From positions 2,795 to 66,794 of the forward strand of contig CAZJNQ010000001.1 in assembly GCA_964547475.1 (NCBI GenBank): DNA of 64,000 bases, written 5' to 3'. The notes beneath the pieces were generated by a model that was given only the letters and a program-made list of their open reading frames with translations, was not told the DNA's origin and made no database searches. A program made the translations under genes and the position numbers. Of the stretch, positions 11,001-19,294 are shown one piece after another (positions within the stretch are counted from its first letter, which is position 1; every line of letters starts with the position of its first letter). The stretch comes from an uncultured Porphyromonadaceae bacterium (GTDB lineage Bacteria; Bacteroidota; Bacteroidia; Bacteroidales; UBA12481).

Positions 11001-11590
11001 AGGATCTCCGAAACCTTGTACTTCATCAGGTCATGGAAGATATTCTTATCCGCCGCCTGCTTGCTGAGAAATTGCTGGAGCAGAAGGCGGCTGTCCTTCA
11101 TCGATTCGGTATAGATGATCCTCTTGAATTTATAATCTTCCCGTTCGCGGGGTGGCGTTACTATCACTGCCTTACCCATGAGCCCGTTAAGGTAGCCGGT
11201 GATCAGGCCGGCAATATTCTGGATCAGATCTCTTTCCTCATTCAGGAAAGGGCCTTCATCCGCATCCGGCATCTTCTGCACATAGAAAACCTCAACAACA
11301 CCTGCTTTTCCATCGGCAGTCGTGAATTCCTTCTGTTGCAGCCATTCCGTCCGTTTGAACCTCAGGCTCAGGAATTCCTCGCCGTCATAAGCGATCCGTG
11401 CACAGGCTTTCTGAGGATATTGCCATCCCCTGGGAAGGATCAAGGCTATCTGTCGGAGGGTTTCCGGGAGAGGCTTTCCTTCCGATATAATTGAGTTGGT
11501 ACGGTTGATGGTCGTGAGCTCCTTGACGCGCTCGGTATGTTCCGCAACCAGCCGCTCAAGATCGGGATGTCTGTTCCGCTTTTCTGCCAT
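8075..11590 (-). CDS. Receiver-domain protein with PEP-synthase/PPDK_N-type ATP-grasp domain, paralog B (1171 aa, extra N-terminal sensor-like module); function unknown
   Basis: Same architecture as paralog A: LLVEDS, D417 in ACVISDVKF, ILQSS, K470, GSLGGKGRGLAFI, LAVRSSSIFEDS and EIEYAV...LQIKP. It has about 140 additional N-terminal residues. Its stop (8075-8077) lies inside the first codons of paralog A. Confidence 0.75.
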   Translation of the reverse strand: MAEKRNRHPDLERLVAEHTERVKELTTINRTNSIISEGKPLPETLRQIALILPRGWQYPQKACARIAYDGEEFLSLRFKRTEWLQQKEFTTADGKAGVVEVFYVQKMPDADEGPFLNEERDLIQNIAGLITGYLNGLMGKAVIVTPPREREDYKFKRIIYTESMKDSRLLLQQFLSKQAADKNIFHDLMKYKVSEILLVATLYDTFILENEDRFFEQAMGEVYHLSLSSLPRITGATSADDALELLKEKNYDFVVLMVGVDTRSPLRLAERIRRRYPEIKIFLLLNNSSKIGLFDDDQVYLPSIDRMFVWNGDSKIFFTMVKLLEDEVNLENDTRVGLVRVVLLVEDSPRYYSRYLPMLYTLVFEQTQELIAEANTNEQDKISRMRARTKIVLATSYEEALSYFNKYQDYLACVISDVKFKRSGLTDETAGISFLRYVHDHRQEIPMILQSSDAQFAASAVKLKATFMNKNSETLLQDLKTFITYSLGFGHFVYRDTMGRKIAVARSMKDFEDHLRTIPEESILYHALKNHFSLWLMARGEIHLAKIINPIKATDFSSPKDLREYIIDVIQNYRIDKDRGKVVNFDESAVLDWRNIVSLGTGSLGGKGRGLAFINTLINNLDFTQIIPDINIRTPRTAIIGTDEFEIFMQRNNLITRVMEMEDYGEIRKLFMDGELSFNLRKKLKTFMQLLNRPLAVRSSSIFEDSLLYPFAGIFETYVLPNSDPDFNTRFNQLQDAIKMVYASIFSPEARMYFDAVNYKIEEEKMAVIIQELVGNQFDRYYYPHISGTAQSYNYYPVAHMEPDDGCAVVALGLGRYVVEGEKAWRFSPKYPTLQVTSLKDQLKTSQVDFYAADLGKDKIDLFEGEEAGLARLEVSLAESHGTLKHLASVYDPDNDRFEPGLSTGGPRVLNFANILQFDHIPLAKTIQVILDVVHEALGTAVEIEYAVDLVPDAGMKSSFYLLQIKPMVGSDEDYTVDIDSVKRDHIMLYAERSLGNGRIRYLRDVVYLDPARFDKLKTVEMAAEIEYFNKRMVRSRKEYVLIGPGRWGSRDKFIGIPVKWSQISGARIIVETDLADFPLEASMGSHFFHNVTSMNVGYLSVHSGGKNFIHYDLLNQQVLVEEGQYFRHVRFERDLDIVMDGKKRQSLIRLGNDEEGQDSPAYPVINDFNE

Positions 11591-11698
11591 GGAAAAAGGA
11601 TGAACCTGATTAACGCCAATTTAGCAAAAACTGCGTTAACAGCATTCAAGTATTCAGGAATAATCGCCCCTGTTAAGTCAATCAGGTAAAGCAGTTTT

Positions 11699-12712
11699 TT
11701 ATACTTCCCAGGTGGCACCGGAATGCAGCAGGTCCCTGACCGTCTTGATCTCGCTCCGGCTCCTAACGGCGTCGATCTGATCCTCCAACTTCCTTTCATA
11801 AGCCGCCTGCAGGTTGCACGAACGGATCACACCCATGGCCACCGGGTATTTCGGGTAGTCCATAGTGGCCAGCATAAGGTGAATACCGGCAAATTCGGTT
11901 TGTGTATCATGGACCAGGACATCCTTTTCGGAGTAACCGCCTTCTCCCAATTGCACGACCTGCAGTTGGTTATCTTTAAGGATCAGGCCCTTATCCTGAT
12001 TTTTTCCGAAGATCATGGGTTCCCTGTGCTTCAGCAGGATGATCCGGTCATCACGGTTTTCACGGTCGGTAATGTCAGCCCAGGTATTATCGTTGAAAAT
12101 CACGCAGTTCTGCATCACTTCAACAATGGATGCTCCGATATGCTTTGCCGCCTCCAGCAGGATCTCGGTGGACATTTTGGGCATGGAATCAATCGTCCGG
12201 GCAAAGAAGCTCCCTCCCGCGCCGATGGTGATTCCTCCTGGTTTAAAAGGCCTTTCCACGGTCCCATAGGGTGATGTCTTTGACAACGCTCCATGAATGG
12301 AGGTCGGAGAGTATTGGCCTTTCGTCAGTCCGTAAATCCGGTTATTGAACAGGATCAGGTTCACATCAATATCCCGCCTGATCAGGTGCATGAAATGATT
12401 GCCGCCAATAGCCAGGGAGTCCCCGTCACCGGTGATTATCCAGACGCTCAAGGCAGGATTGGCCACCTTGACTCCGCTGGCGATTGCCATGGCTCGTCCG
12501 TGAATCCCGTGGACGCCATAGGTATTGACATAATAGGGAAACCTGGAGGAGCAGCCGATCCCGGAAATGAAAACCACGTCTTCGTGTTTGTACCCGATCT
12601 GGGGAAGGGCTTTCAACGTTGCGCTCAGGATGGCATGGTCACCACAGCCGGCACACCAGCGAACCATCTGGTCGCTCTTAAAATCTTCAGGTTGTAATTG
12701 TTTGACATCCAT
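11699..12712 (-). CDS. korB: 2-oxoacid:ferredoxin oxidoreductase beta subunit (2-oxoglutarate type, KorB-like)
   Basis: 337 aa with an N-terminal WCAGCGDH motif and the TPP-binding motif ITGDGDSLAIGGNHF. Starts 3 nt after the alpha subunit. Confidence 0.85.
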   Translation of the reverse strand: MDVKQLQPEDFKSDQMVRWCAGCGDHAILSATLKALPQIGYKHEDVVFISGIGCSSRFPYYVNTYGVHGIHGRAMAIASGVKVANPALSVWIITGDGDSLAIGGNHFMHLIRRDIDVNLILFNNRIYGLTKGQYSPTSIHGALSKTSPYGTVERPFKPGGITIGAGGSFFARTIDSMPKMSTEILLEAAKHIGASIVEVMQNCVIFNDNTWADITDRENRDDRIILLKHREPMIFGKNQDKGLILKDNQLQVVQLGEGGYSEKDVLVHDTQTEFAGIHLMLATMDYPKYPVAMGVIRSCNLQAAYERKLEDQIDAVRSRSEIKTVRDLLHSGATWEV

Positions 12713-12715
12713 GGC

Positions 12716-14560
12716 TCAGTCCTCCAGGTTTTTAAGTATAACTTCTGTCAGGTCCCTGACAGTGAACGGCAGTCCCATGATCTTATTAAACTGCCGGTAG
12801 GAATATTCGGGCAGCTTCATCCTCAGGAAACTGGCAAACTGGCCCAGATTGATCTCGCAAACCAGTCTCTTTTTAAACCGGGACATTATATCCCCGGTAT
12901 TGAGCGGAAGCGGGTTGATATAGTTGAAATGGGCCAGGGCCAGTTTGTGTCCCTCCCCGCGGATCTCGTTCAGGGCGCTCAGCAGATGCCCGTAGGTACC
13001 TCCCCAGCCCATGAGAAGGAGATCGGCATCCGGATCCCCGATTATTTCCAGGGGTGGAATATCCAGAGCCACTTTTTGAATCTTGGCATCCCGGATATGA
13101 GTCATGAGCTCGTGATTTTCTGGTACATAAGAAACGTTACCGGTCCGATCCGCTTTTTCCAGACTGCCCACCCGGTGCTCAAAGCCCGGAGTACCCGGGA
13201 TTGCCCAAGTCCGGACCAGAGTCTCAGGATCCCGGACATAGGGCAGCCAGTTTTCGGGAGATTCCTTGGGCCTTGGAACTTTTATGGCCGGAAATTCGTC
13301 AGGATCCGGGATTTTCCAGGGCTCCGAACCGTTGGCCAGAAAACCGTCCGTCATGAGGATGACCGGGGTCATGTGCTCAATTGAGATTTTGGAAGCCTGA
13401 TAGGCAAAATCAAAACAATTGGAAGGGGTGGAAGCAGCCAGCACAACCACAGGGCTTTCCCCGTTTCTGCCGAAGAGAGCCTGCATCAGGTCTGATTGTT
13501 CCGTTTTAGTCGGCAGCCCCGTGGATGGGCCTCCCCTCTGAACGTCAACCACCACCAGTGGCAACTCGGTCATGACCGCCAGGCCGATAGCTTCTCCTTT
13601 CAAAGCCAGTCCGGGCCCTGAGGTGGTTGTTGCAGCCAGGCACCCTGCATAACTAGCTCCAATGGCCGTGCAGATACCCGCTATTTCGTCTTCGGCCTGA
13701 AAAGTCTTGACCTTCAGATCCTTTCTGGAAGCCAATTCCTCCAGGATACCGGTCGCCGGAGTGATCGGGTAAGATCCGACAAATAAACCCAGGCCCGCAT
13801 TCTCTGCCGCAGCCATTAAGCCCCAGGCCACTGCGGTGTTGCCATTGATGTTGCGGTACGTTCCCTTTTCAATTTCAGCCGGCTTGACCCTGAAATGGCT
13901 GGTGAAAGCCTCGATGGTCTCGGCATAGTAGTACCCATCATAGAGTGCCTTGGTATTGGCTTCAACCAGGAGAGGCTTTTTACTGAATTTCTTGTTGAAA
14001 AAACTGACAGCATGTTCCAGGGGACGGTCGAAAAGCCAGCTTACTATACCCAGGGCAAACATGTTTTTGCAACGCATGATCGATTTCTGGTCCAGGCCTG
14101 TGTCCTTCAGGCTTTCGCGCGTGAGGGACGAAATCGGGGCTGAAATCACCTGGATGGCGCCCATTTTCTCCTCTTCAAAAGGGTTAACCTTATATCCGGC
14201 TTTGAGAATATTTTTCTCGTCGAATGCATCGATATCATAAATGATGATCCCGTCGGATTTGACCCACCTGAAATTGGCTTTCAGGGCTGCCGGGTTCATC
14301 GCCACCAGAACATCGCAAAAATCCCCGGGTGTATTGATCTGGGCATGACCGAAATGAACCTGAAAACCCGACACACCTGCCACGGTTCCCTGAGGAGCCC
14401 TGATCTCGGCCGGATAATCAGGGAACGTGGATACATCGTTCCCGAAAACAGCCGATGAATCAGAAAATAGGGTCCCGGTCAGCTGCATCCCGTCCCCGGA
14501 ATCCCCCGAAAACCGGATGGCCACCTCCTCTATTTCCACAACCTTAACCTGTTTACTCAT
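12716..14560 (-). CDS. korA: 2-oxoacid:ferredoxin oxidoreductase alpha subunit (KorA-like, fused alpha/gamma)
   Basis: Begins MSKQVKVVEIEEVAIRFSGDSGDGMQ. I prefer the ATG at 14560. The ORF-track start at 14593 is a TTG that adds 11 aa. Substrate specificity cannot be read from sequence. Confidence 0.85.
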   Translation of the reverse strand: MSKQVKVVEIEEVAIRFSGDSGDGMQLTGTLFSDSSAVFGNDVSTFPDYPAEIRAPQGTVAGVSGFQVHFGHAQINTPGDFCDVLVAMNPAALKANFRWVKSDGIIIYDIDAFDEKNILKAGYKVNPFEEEKMGAIQVISAPISSLTRESLKDTGLDQKSIMRCKNMFALGIVSWLFDRPLEHAVSFFNKKFSKKPLLVEANTKALYDGYYYAETIEAFTSHFRVKPAEIEKGTYRNINGNTAVAWGLMAAAENAGLGLFVGSYPITPATGILEELASRKDLKVKTFQAEDEIAGICTAIGASYAGCLAATTTSGPGLALKGEAIGLAVMTELPLVVVDVQRGGPSTGLPTKTEQSDLMQALFGRNGESPVVVLAASTPSNCFDFAYQASKISIEHMTPVILMTDGFLANGSEPWKIPDPDEFPAIKVPRPKESPENWLPYVRDPETLVRTWAIPGTPGFEHRVGSLEKADRTGNVSYVPENHELMTHIRDAKIQKVALDIPPLEIIGDPDADLLLMGWGGTYGHLLSALNEIRGEGHKLALAHFNYINPLPLNTGDIMSRFKKRLVCEINLGQFASFLRMKLPEYSYRQFNKIMGLPFTVRDLTEVILKNLED

Positions 14561-14736
14561 ATCGGATTGGATATTTAGTTTTTCTGACAGCAAAGTAAAC
14601 AGATTTCAGACTTGAAGAAAATGATTATTGCTTGTGTATTCTTGAAAGAGAGAAAAAATCAAAAATCAAAGGATGGCGATAATTAAACCGGTCAGGGGAT
14701 TTACACCCGTCATAGGGAACAACTTTAATAGAAAGT

Positions 14737-14766
14737 AGGAAGGAGGAAGGAGAAAGGAGAAAGGAA
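14737..14766 (-). repeat. 30-nt homopyrimidine tract (pyrimidine on minus strand), 7-nt periodic
   Basis: Minus-strand reading: TTCCTTT CTCCTTT CTCCTTC CTCCTTC CT. It begins 2 nt after the murI stop. Bases 14737-14759 are an exact 23-nt copy (opposite strand) of 57609-57631. Confidence 0.9.
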
Positions 14767-14768
14767 CT

Positions 14769-15557
14769 TCAGGTAAGTTGCCCGACGGGGTAATTACCTG
14801 CTACCTGGTTGACCATGGCCGTCAGCCGGTCAGGATTTCCGGTTGTCAGGAACCGGTATTCCGGAGCCCGTTCTCCCGGATTCAATAATCCGGATTCAGC
14901 AAGCACTTTTCTCGCTTGCCTGGCAACCGCCGGTGCCGGATCGATGATGGTGACCCATTCGGGAACCATCTGGCGGATCAACGGGATCAGGAACGGGTAA
15001 TGGGTGCAGCCGAGGACCAGCTGATCGACCCCGGATGCGATCATCGGGTCAAGATATTGCTTAAGCAAATCCCTCGTTTCCTTCGATTCCGTCCTCCCCG
15101 ACTCGATCAGCTCGACCAGTCCGTTGCCTGCCTGCACATGGACACGCACGGAGCCAGACCAGAGTCCGGTGGTCCTTAAGAAATGCTCCCCGTTGAAGGT
15201 TTGTTCCGTAGCCAGGACCCCGATATGCCCGGAACGGGAATTCCTGGCTGCAGGCTTGACTGCCGGCTCCACGCCGATGAACGGTACTGAAAATTTCTTC
15301 CTCAGCATGGAGATAGCCGCCCCGGTAGCCGTATTGCAGGCAACCACGATCAGCTTGCAGCCCTGTTCAAGCAGAAAACCGGTAATGAACCCTGACCGTT
15401 CCCGGATGTATTTCCGGGTCCTGGTCCCGTAAGGGGCGTATCCCGAATCGGCCACATAAATAATGGATTCACCGGGCATCTGCAACCTGAGCTCTTTCCA
15501 GACGCTCAGGCCTCCGATACCCGAATCGAATACACCGATCGGCGAAGAGGCAATCAT
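14769..15557 (-). CDS. murI: Glutamate racemase
   Basis: 262 aa with GVFDSGIGGLSV, VVACNTA and GCTHYP motifs (the two catalytic Cys regions). Confidence 0.93.
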   Translation of the reverse strand: MIASSPIGVFDSGIGGLSVWKELRLQMPGESIIYVADSGYAPYGTRTRKYIRERSGFITGFLLEQGCKLIVVACNTATGAAISMLRKKFSVPFIGVEPAVKPAARNSRSGHIGVLATEQTFNGEHFLRTTGLWSGSVRVHVQAGNGLVELIESGRTESKETRDLLKQYLDPMIASGVDQLVLGCTHYPFLIPLIRQMVPEWVTIIDPAPAVARQARKVLAESGLLNPGERAPEYRFLTTGNPDRLTAMVNQVAGNYPVGQLT

Positions 15558-15603
15558 AAAAAAAATCCCCGCCTGCCGGCAGGGATGGTTTTCGAAAGCG
15601 CGA

Positions 15604-16125
15604 TCACTTTAATCCTAATTTGGCCTTGACCAAGGGAAGCAGATCGAATGATTCATCCTCCGGGTAATAAAGGACCGCTGGGGATGCAAGGTCAAGGACA
15701 TAAGTGAACTTGTTGGCAACAGCCACCTCCTTGATGGCTAATTTGACTTTGTCGATGATCGGCTGCAGGAGCTCACCCTGCTTCTTCTGCAGTTCCTGGC
15801 CGGCAAGGTTCTGGTAATTCTGGATTTTCTGCTGCAGTTCCAGCAGCTCGGCTTCCTTGGCCTGGCGGATGAAAGAACTCAGCGAATCTTTCTGAAGATT
15901 GTACTGATCGGCTTTGTTGTTGAATTCCACCTGCATTTCTTCCAGCACCTTGTTAAGGTCCTGACTGTACTTTTCATAGATTTTTGCAGCACTGTCCCTC
16001 TCCGGCATCACGCTCATGATCTTTTCGGAATCGATATGCCCGATTTTCATCTGGGCGAAGACGGAAGTTCCTGAGGTTAAAGCCGGGAGTAAGCAAACAG
16101 CAAAGGCGAAAATAGATTTTTTCAT
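15604..16125 (-). CDS. OmpH/Skp family periplasmic chaperone
   Basis: The ATG at 16125 gives the signal peptide MKKSIFAFAVCLLPA. Coiled-coil Lys/Glu/Gln-rich body. Sits downstream of bamA as in other Bacteroidota. Confidence 0.8.
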   Translation of the reverse strand: MKKSIFAFAVCLLPALTSGTSVFAQMKIGHIDSEKIMSVMPERDSAAKIYEKYSQDLNKVLEEMQVEFNNKADQYNLQKDSLSSFIRQAKEAELLELQQKIQNYQNLAGQELQKKQGELLQPIIDKVKLAIKEVAVANKFTYVLDLASPAVLYYPEDESFDLLPLVKAKLGLK

Positions 16126-16197
16126 TGTTCCCAAATAATCAGTTAATACAGAACGGTCTAATATTGTGTCACTTAAAATGGACGACAAATATAAGAA

Positions 16198-16719
16198 TTA
16201 ATTCTGAATTCCCATCTTCTTCAGAACGTCATCGCTTTTATCGAACTTGGGATCTGTAAACAGGATCGTGGGACCTGCTGCCACATCAAAGATGATGGAG
16301 AAGCCTCCTTCTGCCGCCAGTTCTTTCACGGCATTGAAGACATCATCCTGGATGGGCTTGACCAATTCCTGGCGTTTTTTGTACAATTGCCCGTCCGGTG
16401 CAAAATACTTTTTCTGAAGCTCCTTGACATCCTTTTCGCGCTGCATGATCTCCTCCTCCCGCCGGGTACGAAGCTCTTCGGTCAGGAGAACTCTCTCGGC
16501 CTGGTAATCCTTGTAAAGCTTCTCGATATCCGTACGTTTGGCATCGATCTCTTTCTGCCACTCTTCCGATACCCGGTCGAGTTGTTTTTGAGCTGCATCA
16601 TAAGCCGGTATCCGGCCCAGGATATAATCGGTATTGACATAGGCAAATTTCTGGCTGAAGCCGAAACAAGCCCCGATCAGCAGTAAACTTAAAGTGAAAG
16701 CTATCTTTTTCATAACCAT
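16198..16719 (-). CDS. OmpH/Skp family periplasmic chaperone
   Basis: 173 aa with a signal peptide (MVMKKIAFTLSLLLIGA) and Skp-like helical repeats. Second of two tandem skp paralogs after bamA. Confidence 0.8.
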   Translation of the reverse strand: MVMKKIAFTLSLLLIGACFGFSQKFAYVNTDYILGRIPAYDAAQKQLDRVSEEWQKEIDAKRTDIEKLYKDYQAERVLLTEELRTRREEEIMQREKDVKELQKKYFAPDGQLYKKRQELVKPIQDDVFNAVKELAAEGGFSIIFDVAAGPTILFTDPKFDKSDDVLKKMGIQN

Positions 16720-16786
16720 GTTTTTTCCGTTTTATCAATTCTCATACCAAATCGTAAATCGTAAATTGTCAATCGTCTGTCGTCAA

Positions 16787-19279
16787 TTATAATTGTGAGC
16801 CGAGCACAAAATGGAACTGGCTGTGGTTTTTACCCGTTGTTCCCGGGATATCATCAAAGCCATATCCCCAGTCGACCCCCATCAGGCCGAACATGGGGAG
16901 GAAGATCCTTACACCGACACCTGCTGAACGTTTCATGTTAAAAGGATTGAATTGCTTGAATTCATACCAGGCATTCCCCGCCTCGAAAAAAGCCAGGGCA
17001 AAAAGGGTCGCATTGGGGTTCAGCGAAATCGGGAACCTCATTTCCATGGTAAACTTGGTATACAGGTTGGCACCGTTTGTCGGAGTCAGTGATCCGTTGG
17101 CATATCCCCGCATGGCGATGATGTCCCTTCCGTAATAACTGTATCCCATCATGCCGTCGCCTCCAACCTCGTAATTCTCAAACGGGGACCGGGCATAAGG
17201 ATCGTAGAAGCCCAGGTATCCGAATTCGGCTTTGGTGGCCAACACAAAATCCCGGGTTTCCCCGTCGGCCTCCTTGCTGCCGATGGACCAGAGCTTGGTA
17301 TACCAGGCCGATTTGAACGACCACTTGTGGTATTCGACCCATTTATACCTTTCGGCATCTTCCAGTGTACTGTAATCCTTTTTATTGAAGGCGGAATAAG
17401 GAGGAGTGATCTGGAGTGACAGGCTGAAATTTGACCCCGTTCTCGGGTAGATGATCTGGTCCTGGGAATTTCTCCCGAAAGTGGTGGTAAAGCTCAGGTT
17501 ATTGCTTACCCCGTCAGTGATGACAAAGTAGGACCAGGAATCGAGGTTGTAGCGCTGGTAGGAAAGTGCATTGTAGAGGGTGAAATAATCATCCGGCCAG
17601 CTCAGCCTCCGGCCCAGGCCAATGGAAGCTCCTGTTATTTTCATCGATTGGTTCAGGGGATCCTCTGCTTGCCTTCCGTTGGTCTGGACGGTATGATAAA
17701 GGGAAACCGATAGGGAGTTGGGTTTTTTCCCTCCCAGCCAGGGTTCAACGAAGGAAGCGCTGTATGCCTGGTAATACTTCCCGTTGGATTGCGCCCTGAT
17801 GCTCAGGTTTTGTCCGTCGCCTGAAGGCAGGGGCCTCCAGGCATCTTTCTTGAAGAAATTACGGGCTGAAAAATTACCGAACCTCACTCCCAGTGTCCCG
17901 ATAACCATTCCCGCTCCCCAGCCGCCTGAAATCTCGATCTGGTCATTGGCCCTCTCTTCAAGCTGGTATTCGATATCCACGGTTCCATCCATCTGGTTCG
18001 GTATCGGGACCGGATTGATCTTCTCCGGGTCAAAAAATCCCAGGTTGGCCAGCTCTCTCACCGAACGGATCACATCGGACCGGCGGAACAGGTCGCCCGG
18101 CCGAGTGTAGATCTCCCGGCGTATCACGTGCTCATTGGTGCGGTCATTACCGGTAATGATCACGTTATTGATGCGGGCTTCGGTCCCTTCATGGATGACA
18201 ATCTGGATGTCAACCGAATCACCCTCGACGTTCACTTCGATGGGCTCCGCGGAATAGAACAGGTAACCGTAATCCATGTACCAGTTCCCCACGGCATCGG
18301 GAGCCGATTCGAGCCGTTCCTGCAGGATGGCCTGATCATAGACATCCCCTTTCTTGATTCTCAGCATATTGCTCAGGAACTCGCTGGTGTACTTGGTGTT
18401 GCCTGCCCATGTTATATCCCTGAAGAAAAACTGCCTGCCCTCCTCAACTTTCAGCCGGAGGCCGACGGTTCCATCTTCGTTATGATACAGGGTATCGCCT
18501 ATGATCCTGGCGTCGCGGTACCCCAGTTCATTGTACTTGGCAATTACGTTCTCCTTGTCTGTTTTAAAATTTTCCTCGATGTATTTGGATGTTTTGAAAA
18601 TATTGTACCAGGCCTTCTGTTTTGTATCTTTCATCGAATGGCGCAACTTCTTTTCCGGCAGGACCGTATTGCCCTCAAATTGAATTTCCCGGATCTTGAC
18701 CTTGTTCTTCTTAGCGACCTGGATATCCAGTATCGTCGCGTTCTGCATGGCTGAATCCGGCCTCTGGAGAATCTCGACTTCCGTATTCAGGTATCCTTTG
18801 CTGATAAAATGATCCTTAGTCAGATAGATGGTCCTGGAGATGATGAAAGGAGTGACCAGCTCGCCACGCACCAACTTGACCTTTTCTTTCAGGTCATCGG
18901 CTTCCTGCTTATTGACACCCGAAAAGGAATACTGGCTCAGGCGCGGCATCTCCTGGAGATAAATATCCAGAAAGATCAGATCCCCTTCGATCCGTGTGGC
19001 TGTAATGCGTATATCGGAGAACAACTGCTGGTCCCAGAGCTTTTCGATGGCTTTCTTGATGTCCTCTCCGGGGAAGGTGATCACCCGCCCTACCTCGAGT
19101 CCGGAAAACTGATGCAAGATCCTTTGATCCAAATATTTTATTCCTGATATCGTAACTCCTCCGATCTCGTATCGCTGCGCTTCCCGGCTGTAATTCATCA
19201 CCGGGAGTGGCTCTTCCTGGGAGATCAGGGATATTGCGGATAACAGGAGCAGGGCACAGATAAGTATTCTCTTGATCAT
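16787..19279 (-). CDS. bamA: Outer membrane protein assembly factor BamA
   Basis: 830 aa with a signal peptide, POTRA-like repeats and a C-terminal beta-barrel ending in aromatic-rich strands (...HFVLGSQL). uppS lies upstream and skp downstream. Confidence 0.9.
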   Translation of the reverse strand: MIKRILICALLLLSAISLISQEEPLPVMNYSREAQRYEIGGVTISGIKYLDQRILHQFSGLEVGRVITFPGEDIKKAIEKLWDQQLFSDIRITATRIEGDLIFLDIYLQEMPRLSQYSFSGVNKQEADDLKEKVKLVRGELVTPFIISRTIYLTKDHFISKGYLNTEVEILQRPDSAMQNATILDIQVAKKNKVKIREIQFEGNTVLPEKKLRHSMKDTKQKAWYNIFKTSKYIEENFKTDKENVIAKYNELGYRDARIIGDTLYHNEDGTVGLRLKVEEGRQFFFRDITWAGNTKYTSEFLSNMLRIKKGDVYDQAILQERLESAPDAVGNWYMDYGYLFYSAEPIEVNVEGDSVDIQIVIHEGTEARINNVIITGNDRTNEHVIRREIYTRPGDLFRRSDVIRSVRELANLGFFDPEKINPVPIPNQMDGTVDIEYQLEERANDQIEISGGWGAGMVIGTLGVRFGNFSARNFFKKDAWRPLPSGDGQNLSIRAQSNGKYYQAYSASFVEPWLGGKKPNSLSVSLYHTVQTNGRQAEDPLNQSMKITGASIGLGRRLSWPDDYFTLYNALSYQRYNLDSWSYFVITDGVSNNLSFTTTFGRNSQDQIIYPRTGSNFSLSLQITPPYSAFNKKDYSTLEDAERYKWVEYHKWSFKSAWYTKLWSIGSKEADGETRDFVLATKAEFGYLGFYDPYARSPFENYEVGGDGMMGYSYYGRDIIAMRGYANGSLTPTNGANLYTKFTMEMRFPISLNPNATLFALAFFEAGNAWYEFKQFNPFNMKRSAGVGVRIFLPMFGLMGVDWGYGFDDIPGTTGKNHSQFHFVLGSQL

Positions 19280-19294
19280 GGCAGGGTTCCTCGG

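Noticed and set aside
14737-14766. GGAGG-rich purine strand as Shine-Dalgarno sites for a hidden small ORF
   Set aside because: No start codon with an open frame follows at suitable spacing on the purine strand at any of the three loci. Bacteroidota generally do not rely on SD pairing.
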